This document shows positions 26,212 through 36,074 of a stretch of 64,000 nucleotides of DNA, piece after piece. The stretch spans positions 7,832 to 71,831 of the forward strand of contig JBATXP010000481.1 in assembly GCA_049673465.1 (NCBI GenBank), written 5' to 3'. The position numbers were made by a program, and so were the translations under genes. The notes beneath the pieces are model-generated. The model had not been told where the DNA came from. It saw only the letters and a list, made by a program, of their open reading frames with translations, and did not search any database. The DNA comes from Litorimonas sp. (GTDB lineage: Bacteria; Pseudomonadota; Alphaproteobacteria; Caulobacterales; Maricaulaceae). Each line of letters begins with the position of its first letter. The first letter of the stretch is position 1.

Positions 26212-27963
26212 TCAGCCTGCGATGGCAGCGTCAAGCAGGTGGAAATCCACACTCTCACGCCCCTGATACCGATTGCGCCGAACTTGGCCGATCAGGTGGA
26301 AACGCGAGTCTCCTGCATCCAGTAACGCTGAGCCAAGCTCCGATTCGTCGCCTCGAAACAGGATTCCGGAGGCGCGCGACCCGTTTCTGCCTTCTGCGGA
26401 GAAACGGACATGCCCCCCGTTCAATCGTTTTGCAAAACCAATGCGAACGTCCGACAAGGCAAAGACCGGCTGCGGATTTTGTGGGCCATAGGGGCCGACA
26501 GCGTCGATCTTGTCGAGAAGCGCGAGCGTCAGCGCTGAAGGCGATAGCACGGCATCGACCTTCGTCACGGCTTGCAGCCTTGCGGCGGCGACATTCGCTG
26601 ACAGTCTCACTTCCAGCCAGTCCGTGAAGCGATCCAGGTCTTCGTCTTTGATCGTCAGTCCACCCGCCATGGCGTGCCCGCCGCCCGATACGATCAGACC
26701 TTGACGTTTGGCATCCGCAAATGCGCGGCCAAGATCGACGCCGGAAATTGAGCGTCCCGACCCCTTCCCCACGCCGTCATCGTCCACGCCGATCACGATG
26801 GCCGGACGCTCGAAACGGTCCTTGAGGCGGCCCGCCACGATGCCGATGACGCCGGGATGCCAGCCTTCCATCGAGACCACGATCACGGCGCGGTTATCCT
26901 GTTTCTCGGCCATCTCGATCGCCATGCGGAGCATGCGGTCCTGCATGTCCCGCCGCTCCCGGTTTAGCCGATCGAGTTCATAGGCATGGGATGTCGCCAG
27001 AGCCACATCCTCCGTGGACAGCAATTCCGCCCCCATCTCCGACCGTCCGATCCGCCCTCCCGCATTGATACGAGGGCCGAGGACGAAGCCGCAATGATAG
27101 CTGGTAAAGGGCGGCTCGGCCTTGGAGACGGCCGACAAAGCGTTGAGCCCTGCCACGCGCTGGCGGGACATGACCTTCAGGCCCTGACGCACAAAGGTTC
27201 GGTTGAGCCCGACCATTGGCACGACATCGCAGACGGTGCCCAGACCCGTCAGTCCCAAAAGCTCGCGATTGTCGACTTTCGGATCGAGCCCTCGCCGCTT
27301 CGCTTCGCGGTTGAGGGCGACGATCAGCATAAAGGTCACGCCGGCCGCGGCCAAATGGCCGAGCCCGCTCTCATCGTCAGGCCTGTTGGGGTTCACGATG
27401 GCTTGCGCCGGAGGCATGCCGTCCATCAGATGATGGTCGATGACGACGACGGGAAGGGCGATCTCCGCAGCGCCTTCCAGTGCCTCATGAGCCGCCGCGC
27501 CGCAATCCAGTGTCACGACCAAGTCGGTGCCCGATGCCTTCAACGTCTCGAACGCCTTGCGCGATGGGCCGTATCCATCCCGGATGCGGTCCGGAACGTG
27601 AAGGCCGAACTCGTATCCCAAGCCCCTTCCCCACCGGATCAACTGCGCTGCCGACGTTCCCCCATCGACATCGTAGTCGGAAAAAAGAGTAATTCTGCGA
27701 CCATTAGAGATCGCATCCAGAATCGTTCCGACGGCCACATCCATATCGCGAAGGATGGACGGGTCAGGCAGGTCGGTCCGAAGGGTCGGTTGCAGGTAAG
27801 CGGCAGCATTTTCCCCCTCGATGCCCCTGCCAGCCAGCAATGCGGAAGACAAACGGTCAAGCCCGGACGTTCGGACGACAGCATCCACTGCCGCGTCCTC
27901 GGCCCTTGCCATCCAGGTCCGTCCGAGAATGGATTTCGTCACCCCCAATAGGGGCTGCATCAT
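26212..27963 (-). CDS. recJ: Single-stranded-DNA-specific exonuclease RecJ
   Basis: DHH motifs (ITLFSDYDVDGGTS, VVVIDHH) and DHHA1 (GGGHAMAGG). 583 aa. Confidence 0.92.
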   Translation of the reverse strand: MMQPLLGVTKSILGRTWMARAEDAAVDAVVRTSGLDRLSSALLAGRGIEGENAAAYLQPTLRTDLPDPSILRDMDVAVGTILDAISNGRRITLFSDYDVDGGTSAAQLIRWGRGLGYEFGLHVPDRIRDGYGPSRKAFETLKASGTDLVVTLDCGAAAHEALEGAAEIALPVVVIDHHLMDGMPPAQAIVNPNRPDDESGLGHLAAAGVTFMLIVALNREAKRRGLDPKVDNRELLGLTGLGTVCDVVPMVGLNRTFVRQGLKVMSRQRVAGLNALSAVSKAEPPFTSYHCGFVLGPRINAGGRIGRSEMGAELLSTEDVALATSHAYELDRLNRERRDMQDRMLRMAIEMAEKQDNRAVIVVSMEGWHPGVIGIVAGRLKDRFERPAIVIGVDDDGVGKGSGRSISGVDLGRAFADAKRQGLIVSGGGHAMAGGLTIKDEDLDRFTDWLEVRLSANVAAARLQAVTKVDAVLSPSALTLALLDKIDAVGPYGPQNPQPVFALSDVRIGFAKRLNGGHVRFSAEGRNGSRASGILFRGDESELGSALLDAGDSRFHLIGQVRRNRYQGRESVDFHLLDAAIAG

Positions 27964-28931
27964 CGCGCGCTGGCCGCCGCATATGGCCGCGAGGATCGGA
28001 GGCGTTGTACGGCTCCGTCCACCGAGTTCATGACGAGCGTGTGCGTGTGAGCGCGACCCTCGCGGACCCTGACACCGTCGAGCAGTGATCCTTGCGTGAC
28101 GCCAGTGGCGGAAAAGATCGTCGGCCCGGCCGCGAGACCTTCGAGATCGTAGACGCGGTCGAGATCGTCGATGCCGACCCGGCGGGCGCGGCCCACTTCG
28201 TCATCGTTTCTGAAATGCAGCTTGCCCTGCATCTGACCGCCAATGCAACGCAAGGCCGCCGCCGCCAGCACGCCTTCGGGCGCACCGCCCTGTCCGATAT
28301 AGAGATCGGTCTGCGTGTTGGCGTCAGTCGTGCTGATGACACCCTGCACGTCGCCGTCCGTGATCAACCTGACCCGAGCCCCTATGTCGCGCAGGCTCTC
28401 GATGATCGAGCCATGTCGGGTGCGGTCGAGGACGCAGACGGTAATTTCCGTCGGCGCAACGCCCTTAGCGGCTGCGATACGGCGAACATTGTCCGCCGGA
28501 CTGTCGGCCAGATCGATGACGCCTGCATCGTAGCCGGGCCCCACCGCGATCTTGTCCATGTAGACGTCCGGTGCGAACAGCAGACCGCCGCGTGGCGCGA
28601 AGGCCATCACGGCCAGCGCGTTGGCCATGGCCTTGGCCGTCAGCGTCGTGCCTTCAAGCGGGTCGAGTGCGATGTCGATCTGAGGGCCGCTGCCCGTGCC
28701 GACCTCTTCGCCGATATAAAGCATCGGCGCTTCGTCCCGCTCCCCTTCGCCAATGACGATGCGGCCGCGAATGGCGAGCGCGTTCAGCCCGGTCCGCATT
28801 GCGTCGACCGCTTTCTGGTCGGCGGCTTTTTCCTGTCCGCGTCCGACCATGGTCGATGCCGCGATCGCGGCCTGTTCGGTCACCAGAGCCGCTTGTACGG
28901 CCAGTGCCGCGTTGAAACCGGTTTTACTCAT
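27960..28931 (-). CDS. glpX: Class II fructose-1,6-bisphosphatase
   Basis: VTEQAAIAA...GRGQEKAADQKAVDAMR and the DPLEGT motif. The start is taken at MSKTGF (28931). The stop overlaps the recJ start (ATGA). Confidence 0.88.
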   Translation of the reverse strand: MSKTGFNAALAVQAALVTEQAAIAASTMVGRGQEKAADQKAVDAMRTGLNALAIRGRIVIGEGERDEAPMLYIGEEVGTGSGPQIDIALDPLEGTTLTAKAMANALAVMAFAPRGGLLFAPDVYMDKIAVGPGYDAGVIDLADSPADNVRRIAAAKGVAPTEITVCVLDRTRHGSIIESLRDIGARVRLITDGDVQGVISTTDANTQTDLYIGQGGAPEGVLAAAALRCIGGQMQGKLHFRNDDEVGRARRVGIDDLDRVYDLEGLAAGPTIFSATGVTQGSLLDGVRVREGRAHTHTLVMNSVDGAVQRLRSSRPYAAASAR

Positions 28932-28987
28932 GTTGACACTGTGCCCCTGAAATCGATTCGCTATGTGCCGTAGCACTTTGAACTTCG

Positions 28988-30208
28988 CTAGACAGCTTTG
29001 CGGCTGTCTCTTTGCATCATTTGACCAATATTGCGGGCCGCCTGCCGTATGCGCTGCTCGTTCTCGACCAAGGCGATGCGGACGTAGCCTTCCCCGTTCT
29101 CGCCGAAACCGTTCCCAGGTGACACGGCCACGCCAGCCTCGCGCATGAGGTATTTCGAAAAGGCGAGCGATCCCATCTGTCGATAGTCTTCCGGCAGAGG
29201 CGCCCAGGCGAACATGGACGCTTCGGGAGCCGGTATCACCCAGCCCGCACGGCCAAAGCTCTCGACCAGCACGTCTCGTCGTGACTTGTAGGTGGCGCGA
29301 GCCTGCTCGACCGGTTCTTGCGGACCGTCAAGCGCCGCGCAGGCCGCAACCTGGATCGGAGTGAAGGCGCCATAGTCGAGGTAAGACTTCACCCGGGTCA
29401 GGGCCGCGATCAAGCGCTCGTGACCGACGGCGAATCCCATACGCCATCCCGCCATGGAATAGGTCTTGGAAAGCGAAATGGTCTCGACCGCGAGAATGTC
29501 TTTCGCACCCTCGACCTCGAAGATCGACCGAGGCGGATCGGTGAAGTAGATTTCCGAGTAAGCCAAATCCGATAGAACGATGATATCATTGGCTTTCGCC
29601 AATGCGACGATCTCTTCGTAGAATGAAAGATCGCACGTTTCGCCGGTCGGGTTGGACGGGAAGCAAACGACGATCGCCAAGGGCGGTTTCTCGGCCTCGG
29701 CCAGCGCGGCCTTGACGCCGATAAGGTAGTCCTCGGCCGTGACGGCTGGGATACCTTTTATCTTGGCGCCCGCGATGATGAAACCGTAGGCGTGAAGCGG
29801 ATAGGACGGATCGGGCGCGTAGATGATATCCCCGGGAGCCGTTATGGCTTGGGCGAGGTTGGCGAATCCTTCCTTGGAACCAATTGTGGCGACGATCTGT
29901 GACTCCGCATCCAGACTCACTCCGAATCGGCGGTCATAATAGCGAGCGCAGGCCTGTCGTAGGCCCTTGATTCCCCGCGACGCGGAATAGCCCGTCACGC
30001 GCGGCTTCTGGACCGTCTCGATTAGCTTCTCGATCACGTGTTGCGGCGTAGGCAGGTCGGGATTGCCGAATCCGAAGTCGATGATGTCGGACCCTTCTGC
30101 GCGCAGCTCGCCTTTAAGCTTGTTGACTTCCGCGAAGACATAGGGCGGAAGCCGCTGTATTCGGTAGAATTCTTCCCGGAAGGTCTTGTCGGGGACGGGC
30201 CAATTCAT
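28988..30208 (-). CDS. Class I/II PLP-dependent aminotransferase (AlaC/DapL-like)
   Basis: RLPPYVFAEVNKLK...DIIDFGFGNPD and the PLP-lysine region SLSKTYSMAGWRMG. 406 aa. Confidence 0.8.
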   Translation of the reverse strand: MNWPVPDKTFREEFYRIQRLPPYVFAEVNKLKGELRAEGSDIIDFGFGNPDLPTPQHVIEKLIETVQKPRVTGYSASRGIKGLRQACARYYDRRFGVSLDAESQIVATIGSKEGFANLAQAITAPGDIIYAPDPSYPLHAYGFIIAGAKIKGIPAVTAEDYLIGVKAALAEAEKPPLAIVVCFPSNPTGETCDLSFYEEIVALAKANDIIVLSDLAYSEIYFTDPPRSIFEVEGAKDILAVETISLSKTYSMAGWRMGFAVGHERLIAALTRVKSYLDYGAFTPIQVAACAALDGPQEPVEQARATYKSRRDVLVESFGRAGWVIPAPEASMFAWAPLPEDYRQMGSLAFSKYLMREAGVAVSPGNGFGENGEGYVRIALVENEQRIRQAARNIGQMMQRDSRKAV

Positions 30209-30546
30209 TGCGGATCGTCAGCCTTGTATTCGTTCGTCCGACGCTGTGCGGCCTCGAATTCCCGATCGAATTCGGGCTCGCTTAATGACGGCGCAAGGGG
30301 CGGCACATCCATCGTATCGCCCAGGCGCTGAAGCTCCCTTGCGGAAACGTCCCAAGCCTTACCGGAGCGAATTTCTGTCGGCATGTCGGGAGTCTCGCCG
30401 AGGCTCGGATAGCTCATTTCCAGGTTGGAGACTTCCTCACTGAACGCCGTGTCGTCCATCAGCTCGATATCGTCCAGGCCGACGGTCGCACATCCGGCAA
30501 AGCCGAATGCGGCACAGGTCAGGAGAGTTCGAGCGAGTCTGGACAT
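30205..30546 (-). CDS. Hypothetical acidic lipoprotein
   Basis: MSRLARTLLTCAAFGFAGC lipobox. The stop overlaps the aminotransferase start (ATGA). No recognisable family. Confidence 0.5.
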   Translation of the reverse strand: MSRLARTLLTCAAFGFAGCATVGLDDIELMDDTAFSEEVSNLEMSYPSLGETPDMPTEIRSGKAWDVSARELQRLGDTMDVPPLAPSLSEPEFDREFEAAQRRTNEYKADDPQ

Positions 30547-30611
30547 AGGTCCTTCTAACGCAGCAGCGGACGACGTCATCTGAAACTTTGGCGACACTTG
30601 CTCGGACGGCA

Positions 30612-31646
30612 TTAGGGAAACAGCGCCGTCGCGCCCAAACCCAGGGTTTCATCCCACCCTTGCGTCAGATTGTAATTCTGGACCGCTTGCCCGCTCGATC
30701 CCTTGACGAGGTTGTCGATCACGGAAACGATAATCGCCCGCCCCGAGACGCGATCGGCATGAAGGCTGACCAAGGCTTGGTTCGTCCCGCGAACATGGCG
30801 GGTCTGGGGGACGGATCCGTCCGGCAGCACAGTGACGAACGGGTCGCTCATATAGCGCTGCTCGTAATGCAGCCGAAGGTCTTGAACGGTAACGCCATCA
30901 CGAAGGCCGACATAGCATGTCGAGATCATGCCGCGGTTCATGGGGATCAGGTGGGGCGTAAAGCTGACCTTGGTGTCGTACCCGACGCGCGCAAGTTCCT
31001 GTTCCATTTCAGGCGCATGTCGATGCTGGCCGATGCCATAGGGGTGCGCGCCGTCGGAGACTTCCGAGAAGTGGAGGCCAAGCGATGCTTTGCGCCCCGC
31101 TCCTGTCACGCCCGTCTTTGAGTCGATGATCGGAGCGGACCCATCGAACATGTCTGCCGCCGCACCGGGCAGCAAAGCCAGCAGCGCGCTTGTCGGGAAG
31201 CAACCGGGGCAAGCCACAAGACGCGATCCCGGAAGGTCATCGCGCGCATACTCACTCAGCCCGTAGACCCGCTCCGCCAAGAAGTCCGGTTGGGTGTGAA
31301 GCTGTCCGTATACCCGCTCGAACAGTTCGGGGCGGCTCAAACGGAAATCCGCCGAGACGTCGATCACCGTTTCCACCGACTCCAATGCGTTTGCGATCGC
31401 CGTCTGTCCGGTCGAGTGAGGCAAGCATGAGAACACGACATCTACGTCGGCGAGATCGATATCCTCGATCCGTTGCGTACGCGGGAGATCACGCCCCGCG
31501 AAGCTCGGAAACACCGAACCGTAATCCTCATCGGCGCGGCTGTGGGCGGATAGGCCTGTGATCCGCATATGCGGATGCTGGAGCAGAAGCCGAACGGCCT
31601 CGGATCCGGTATAGCCGCTGGCCCCATATATGACGGCGTTTTTCAT
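30612..31646 (-). CDS. argC: N-acetyl-gamma-glutamyl-phosphate reductase
   Basis: N-terminal Rossmann motif VIYGASGYTGSE and active-site region ACPGCFPTS. 344 aa. Confidence 0.9.
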   Translation of the reverse strand: MKNAVIYGASGYTGSEAVRLLLQHPHMRITGLSAHSRADEDYGSVFPSFAGRDLPRTQRIEDIDLADVDVVFSCLPHSTGQTAIANALESVETVIDVSADFRLSRPELFERVYGQLHTQPDFLAERVYGLSEYARDDLPGSRLVACPGCFPTSALLALLPGAAADMFDGSAPIIDSKTGVTGAGRKASLGLHFSEVSDGAHPYGIGQHRHAPEMEQELARVGYDTKVSFTPHLIPMNRGMISTCYVGLRDGVTVQDLRLHYEQRYMSDPFVTVLPDGSVPQTRHVRGTNQALVSLHADRVSGRAIIVSVIDNLVKGSSGQAVQNYNLTQGWDETLGLGATALFP

Positions 31647-31660
31647 CGTCGTGTCCCGGA

Positions 31661-31696
31661 AACAAGAAAGCGCTCCGGACGGTGTCCGAAGCGCTT
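31661..31696 (-). terminator. Intrinsic terminator after rpsI
   Basis: 13-bp stem (31668-31680 / 31684-31696, one mismatch, 3-nt loop), followed on the minus strand by TTTCTTGTTT. It lies 30 nt after the rpsI stop and 15 nt before the argC ATG. Confidence 0.55.
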
Positions 31697-31726
31697 CGAG
31701 TGTTCGTCTCTAAGCCAATGTGTCCA

Positions 31727-32230
31727 TTAGCGTTTGGAGAACTGGAAGCTCTTGCGGGCCTTGGCCTTGCCGTACTTCTTGCGCTCCACGACGCGCGAGT
31801 CGCGCGTGATGAAACCGGCTGCCTTGAGCGGACGGCGCAGAGCCGGCTCGTAATAGGTCAGTGCCTTGGTGATGCCGTGACGCACGGCGCCGGCCTGACC
31901 GGAAAGACCGCCACCTTTCACGGTCGCCATGACGTCGTACTGATCGACGCGGTCAGCGACCTGGAACGCCTGGGCGATGACAAGGCGCAAGACCGGACGG
32001 GCGAAATACTGCTCCTGGTCGCGACCGTTTACAGTGATCTTGCCGGAACCCGGCTTGATCCAGACGCGCGCGATGGAGTTCTTACGCTTGCCGGTCGCGT
32101 AGGAACGACCGTGTTCGTCGATCTTGGGGTCGGGAAGCGGCACGTCTTGTGCGGCTTCGACGCCTTGATCTTCCATAGCGGCCTTGAGGTCTTCGAGGCT
32201 CGTCGCGACGATGGTGTCCTGGTCAGACAT
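31727..32230 (-). CDS. rpsI: 30S ribosomal protein S9
   Basis: C-terminus [19 protein letters not shown]...[32 protein letters not shown] lies 7 nt upstream of ATG 32230. Track ORF 31727..32554 is over-extended. Confidence 0.93.
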   Translation of the reverse strand: MSDQDTIVATSLEDLKAAMEDQGVEAAQDVPLPDPKIDEHGRSYATGKRKNSIARVWIKPGSGKITVNGRDQEQYFARPVLRLVIAQAFQVADRVDQYDVMATVKGGGLSGQAGAVRHGITKALTYYEPALRRPLKAAGFITRDSRVVERKKYGKAKARKSFQFSKR

Positions 32231-32232
32231 GA

Positions 32233-32703
32233 TCATGCCTCCTTGACGTTCTTGCGGTTGGCGGACTTCCAGTCCACCGTGACGGGGTTCTGCGCTGCGT
32301 GCGGGTGTTCGGCACCGGCATAGACGCGGAGGTTGGAAAGCTGCTGGCGGGCGAGCGGCGACTCCTTGGGCAACATGCGCTGCACGGCCTTGCGCATGAC
32401 ACGATCCGGGAAGCGGCCGTTCAAGACTTTCTCCGGAGTCGTCTCCTTCAAGCCGCCCGGATGGCCGGTGTGGCGATAGTAGACTTTGTCTGTCAGCTTG
32501 TTGCCGGTGAACTTCACCTTGTCGGCGTTGATGATGACGACATTGTCGCCGCAATCGATATGCGGCGTATAGTCGGGCCGGTGTTTGCCGCGAAGGCGCA
32601 TGGCGACGAAACTGGCGAGGCGGCCAACGACGGCGTCCTCTGCATCGACGACGATCCAGGTCTTCTCGACCTCCGCCGTCTTCAAAAACTTAGTGGTCTT
32701 CAT
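32233..32703 (-). CDS. rplM: 50S ribosomal protein L13
   Basis: [31 protein letters not shown]...[10 protein letters not shown]. 156 aa from ATG 32703. Confidence 0.93.
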   Translation of the reverse strand: MKTTKFLKTAEVEKTWIVVDAEDAVVGRLASFVAMRLRGKHRPDYTPHIDCGDNVVIINADKVKFTGNKLTDKVYYRHTGHPGGLKETTPEKVLNGRFPDRVMRKAVQRMLPKESPLARQQLSNLRVYAGAEHPHAAQNPVTVDWKSANRKNVKEA

Positions 32704-32726
32704 GACGATCCCAAGATTATGGGGTG

Positions 32727-32757
32727 AAAAGAAAAGAGGGTCCGCAAACGCGGACCC
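32727..32757 (-). terminator. Terminator-like hairpin plus U tract inside the probable rplM 5' leader
   Basis: GGGTCCGC-GTTT-GCGGACCC (32757-32738 on the minus strand), followed by TCTTTTCTTTT (32737-32727). It ends 23 nt before the rplM ATG. Confidence 0.5.
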
Positions 32758-32868
32758 CTGCAAGATGTGCGGGCAATATGGCCTGCTCATTGTAGCGTCA
32801 AGACTCAAACTCACAAGCGAGCGCCTAAAACGTAAGTGAAAACAACAGCATAGATAATCGGTATAGTA

Positions 32869-33936
32869 TTACCGCAATAAAGTGCGTCTCGATAGCAGCC
32901 AGATGGCGCTTAGGAAAACCAGGACGGAGCTAAACTGATGCATCAGGGATAGGTTCAAGGGCGCGACGGCCAGCAATGTCCAGATACCGAGCCCAACCTG
33001 CCAGAGAAGCAGCAGGCCGACGACCGTCAACGGCAGGGCCAGTTTGGACTTACGGTGGAACCGGATGGCCATCATGACGAAGACGACCAGGAGAATGTAG
33101 GCCAACATACGGTGGTTGAACTGAAGCGCGGCAGCGTTTTCGAACAGGTTGCGCCATGCCGGAGATTGAAACCAGTAGCCGTCCGGCACGAAGGAGCCAT
33201 CCATGAGAGGCCAGCTATTGTAGGTCTTGCCGCTATTCGTTCCGGCCACGAATGCTCCGGCGATGATCTGCAGAAAAACGAGACCGACGAAGATCGGGGC
33301 TATGACACCCGTTCCCCCGATCATGTCCCGACGCCACCCCCGCTTCGACTCAAGAAACAACCAGAGGAGGAGGCCAAGAATCACGAAGGCCATGCCGAGA
33401 TGGGTCGCCAATCGATACTGGCTGACCGCAACCATGCCTTCCTGCAATCCGGAATGGACCATCCACCAACCGATCGCGCCTTGAAGTCCGATCAGAAAAA
33501 GGATTCCGACAAAGGCAAATCCCCTGCCCTTGGGTATCGTGCGCCCGATCGCAAGGATCAGCAATGGAACGGCGTAGGCCAAGCCAATGATGCGCCCCAA
33601 CTGGCGATGCGCCCATTCCCAGAAGTATATGAAGCGGAACCCATTCAGGTCCATGCTAGGATGTTCGGCCTCGAATTCGGGAATCTGCTTGTAACGTTCG
33701 AATTCGGCGAGCCAGGCTTCTTCGGACAAAGGCGGCAGCGCGCCCGTAATGGGTGCCCACTCGGTGATGGACAATCCGGAATTGGTCAGACGTGTCGCTC
33801 CGCCCACGACGATCATGGCGACTACGAGAAGCACCATGAAGCCGAGCCAGAGCGTGACCCAGCCCGGTATCTTTCGGTCGAAGGAAATGGCCATGAGTCC
33901 AATATAGACGCCCCAGCCAGAAAAAGTCTGCGACAA
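32869..33936 (-). CDS. ctaA: Heme A synthase (COX15/CtaA)
   Basis: VVGGATRLTNSGLSITEW motif and a multi-TM protein with conserved His residues. The start may be M15 (33894). Confidence 0.85.
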   Translation of the reverse strand: MSQTFSGWGVYIGLMAISFDRKIPGWVTLWLGFMVLLVVAMIVVGGATRLTNSGLSITEWAPITGALPPLSEEAWLAEFERYKQIPEFEAEHPSMDLNGFRFIYFWEWAHRQLGRIIGLAYAVPLLILAIGRTIPKGRGFAFVGILFLIGLQGAIGWWMVHSGLQEGMVAVSQYRLATHLGMAFVILGLLLWLFLESKRGWRRDMIGGTGVIAPIFVGLVFLQIIAGAFVAGTNSGKTYNSWPLMDGSFVPDGYWFQSPAWRNLFENAAALQFNHRMLAYILLVVFVMMAIRFHRKSKLALPLTVVGLLLLWQVGLGIWTLLAVAPLNLSLMHQFSSVLVFLSAIWLLSRRTLLR

Positions 33937-33959
33937 AGTCAGCTATGATGGAAGTCGAG

Positions 33960-34036
33960 TGGTCGGAGTAGCAGGATTCGAACCTGCGACCCCACGCCCC
34001 CCAGGCGTGTGCGCTACCGGACTGCGCCATACTCCG
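33960..34036 (-). tRNA. tRNA-Pro (anticodon GGG)
   Basis: CGGAGTA acceptor, anticodon arm CACGC-CTGGGGG-GCGTG, T arm GCAGG-TTCGAAT-CCTGC, encoded CCA. 77 nt. Confidence 0.88.
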
Positions 34037-34101
34037 CGCCACTCGTGGCGACGGCCTATAGGTCCGTCGGCGCGCCGGGGCAAGTCATCACTGCCGTACC
34101 G

Positions 34102-34677
34102 TCAGGCCGATTCCTCGAACCGCTGCCAGCGACGTTTGAGCGACTCGAGACTATCCAGCGCAGCGCGGAGCCTCTCACGATCGACGGGCGGCTCCTGAAG
34201 ACGAACGTCCGGGGAGCGCGTATCGGCGACAGGCTTACTTGAGCCTACGGACGGCACGACGAGTTCGACGGGGTCAGCGTCCTCGTTTGAAGCGGGCAAG
34301 GGTGCGACCGGTTCCTTCGCATCGGCTTTCTGACCCGTTTCCCGAAGACGTTTCGGCACCAAGGGCATGTCGGACAAGGACCGGTCGCGCGATGCCTGTT
34401 CGACGGATCGTCCGAGCTCCACGACGCGCGACGCACCGCTCTTGGCGATCAGCTTCTGCACATCCTTTATGGGGTGCTTCTCGTCATAGAGCAGAGTCTT
34501 GATGCCGCGAATGAACTCGATGTCTTCGGGCCTGTAGAAACGCCGTCCCCCGCCGCGTTTCATGGGCTTTATGTCCGTGAATTTGGATTCCCAAAAGCGC
34601 AGCACATGCGGTTGAAGACCGAGTTCTTCGCCCGCTTCGCTGATGGTCCTAAAGGCCCGTGTCGTTTTCGTCCGCAT
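34102..34677 (-). CDS. MerR-family transcriptional regulator
   Basis: N-terminal [28 protein letters not shown]...[19 protein letters not shown]. Conserved position downstream of ihfA. Confidence 0.8.
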   Translation of the reverse strand: MRTKTTRAFRTISEAGEELGLQPHVLRFWESKFTDIKPMKRGGGRRFYRPEDIEFIRGIKTLLYDEKHPIKDVQKLIAKSGASRVVELGRSVEQASRDRSLSDMPLVPKRLRETGQKADAKEPVAPLPASNEDADPVELVVPSVGSSKPVADTRSPDVRLQEPPVDRERLRAALDSLESLKRRWQRFEESA

Positions 34678-34707
34678 GCGTTCGATCCGGTTGCGAATCG
34701 GACCCTA

Positions 34708-35031
34708 TCACTTTTTGGGGCTGAGCGCCGAATCGACGCGTTCGCGAAGAACCTGGCTGGGCTTGAAGACCAGAACCCGACGCGGCGTAATGGCGACTTC
34801 CACGCCGGTCTTGGGATTACGCCCGATCCGTTCTGACTTGTCGCGAAGGAGAAACGTGCCGAATCCGGCAAGCTTCACATTTTCACCTCGAAGCAGGGCG
34901 GACGAGATGTGACCGATAACCGACTCGACAAGTTCCGAGGAGTCCGACCGGGACAAACCGATTTCGCTATAGACCGCTTCGGCGAGGTCAGCGCGCGTGA
35001 CCGTACCTGTATTGACCGTCTTGGATGACAT
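34708..35031 (-). CDS. ihfA: Integration host factor subunit alpha
   Basis: [27 protein letters not shown]...[39 protein letters not shown]. Start at MSSKTV (35031). Confidence 0.9.
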   Translation of the reverse strand: MSSKTVNTGTVTRADLAEAVYSEIGLSRSDSSELVESVIGHISSALLRGENVKLAGFGTFLLRDKSERIGRNPKTGVEVAITPRRVLVFKPSQVLRERVDSALSPKK

Positions 35032-35105
35032 ATCCCGTGTTAAAGCAAAACAGGGCCGCGTCCCGCAAGGAAAAACATGGTCAACGCGTCGAAAAAGCTG
35101 AATAA

Positions 35106-36074
35106 TCAGTAACGAAGCAGGCACGCACCCCAAGTGAAGCCACCCCCGAAGGCTTCGAGCATCACCGTGTCGCCCCGTCGGATGCGGCCATCCTTGACGG
35201 CCGTGTCCCATGCCAGCGGCACGCTGGCCGCCGATGTGTTCGCGTGACGGGCCACGGTCGAAATCACTTGCTCCGGTTTCAACCTAAGCTTTCGGGCGAC
35301 GGCCACGAGAATGCGTTGATTGGCCTGATGCGGAACGAACCAGTCGATGGATGTCACCGGATGGCCTGCCTCCTCGGCGCATTCCCGAATGATCCCGGCG
35401 ATGTCAGTCACAGCATGCTTGAAGACGGCATTGCCGAGCATGCGCAACTTTCCAACCGTCCCGGTTTCGGACGGGCCGCCATCGACGTAGAGCATCTCCT
35501 TGTGCGCGCCATCGGACCGTATAACTGAGTGTACGACTCCCGCTTCCGTGTCGTTTTGCGCTTCCAGCACGATGGCTCCGGCCCCGTCGCCGAACAGCAC
35601 GCAGGTCGATCGGTCTTCCCAATCCAGAATGCGGGAGAAGGTCTCCGCGCCTATCAGCAGAATCCGTTTGTGCGCACCTGCCCCGATCAGCGCGTTGGCG
35701 AGATGGATGCCGTAAAGAAACCCGCTGCAAACGGCCTGCACGTCGAACGCAGCCCCTTGCGACATGCCGAGGCGGTGCTGGATCATGGTCGCGGTAGACG
35801 GAAAAGTCAGATTGGGCGTGGACGTGGCAACGAGCACCAGATCAAGCTCTGTAGGCCTTAGCTGCGCGTCCTCAAGCGCGGCAATGGCCGCATTATATCC
35901 GAGATCGGCCGTCGTCTCTCCTTCGCCGGCAATATGGCGTTGTTCGATTCCCGTTCTCTCGCGGATCCACTCATCGGAGGTCTCAAGCCCGAGGTCGGTC
36001 GCGAAGGCCGCATTGTCCATGACCCTGGCTGGCAGATAGCTGCCGATCCCCCTGACCACCGCACGAACAGTCAT
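35106..36074 (-). CDS. fabH: Beta-ketoacyl-ACP synthase III
   Basis: Active-site context [14 protein letters not shown], plus HQAN and GGGFTWG motifs. 322 aa. Confidence 0.92.
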   Translation of the reverse strand: MTVRAVVRGIGSYLPARVMDNAAFATDLGLETSDEWIRERTGIEQRHIAGEGETTADLGYNAAIAALEDAQLRPTELDLVLVATSTPNLTFPSTATMIQHRLGMSQGAAFDVQAVCSGFLYGIHLANALIGAGAHKRILLIGAETFSRILDWEDRSTCVLFGDGAGAIVLEAQNDTEAGVVHSVIRSDGAHKEMLYVDGGPSETGTVGKLRMLGNAVFKHAVTDIAGIIRECAEEAGHPVTSIDWFVPHQANQRILVAVARKLRLKPEQVISTVARHANTSAASVPLAWDTAVKDGRIRRGDTVMLEAFGGGFTWGACLLRY

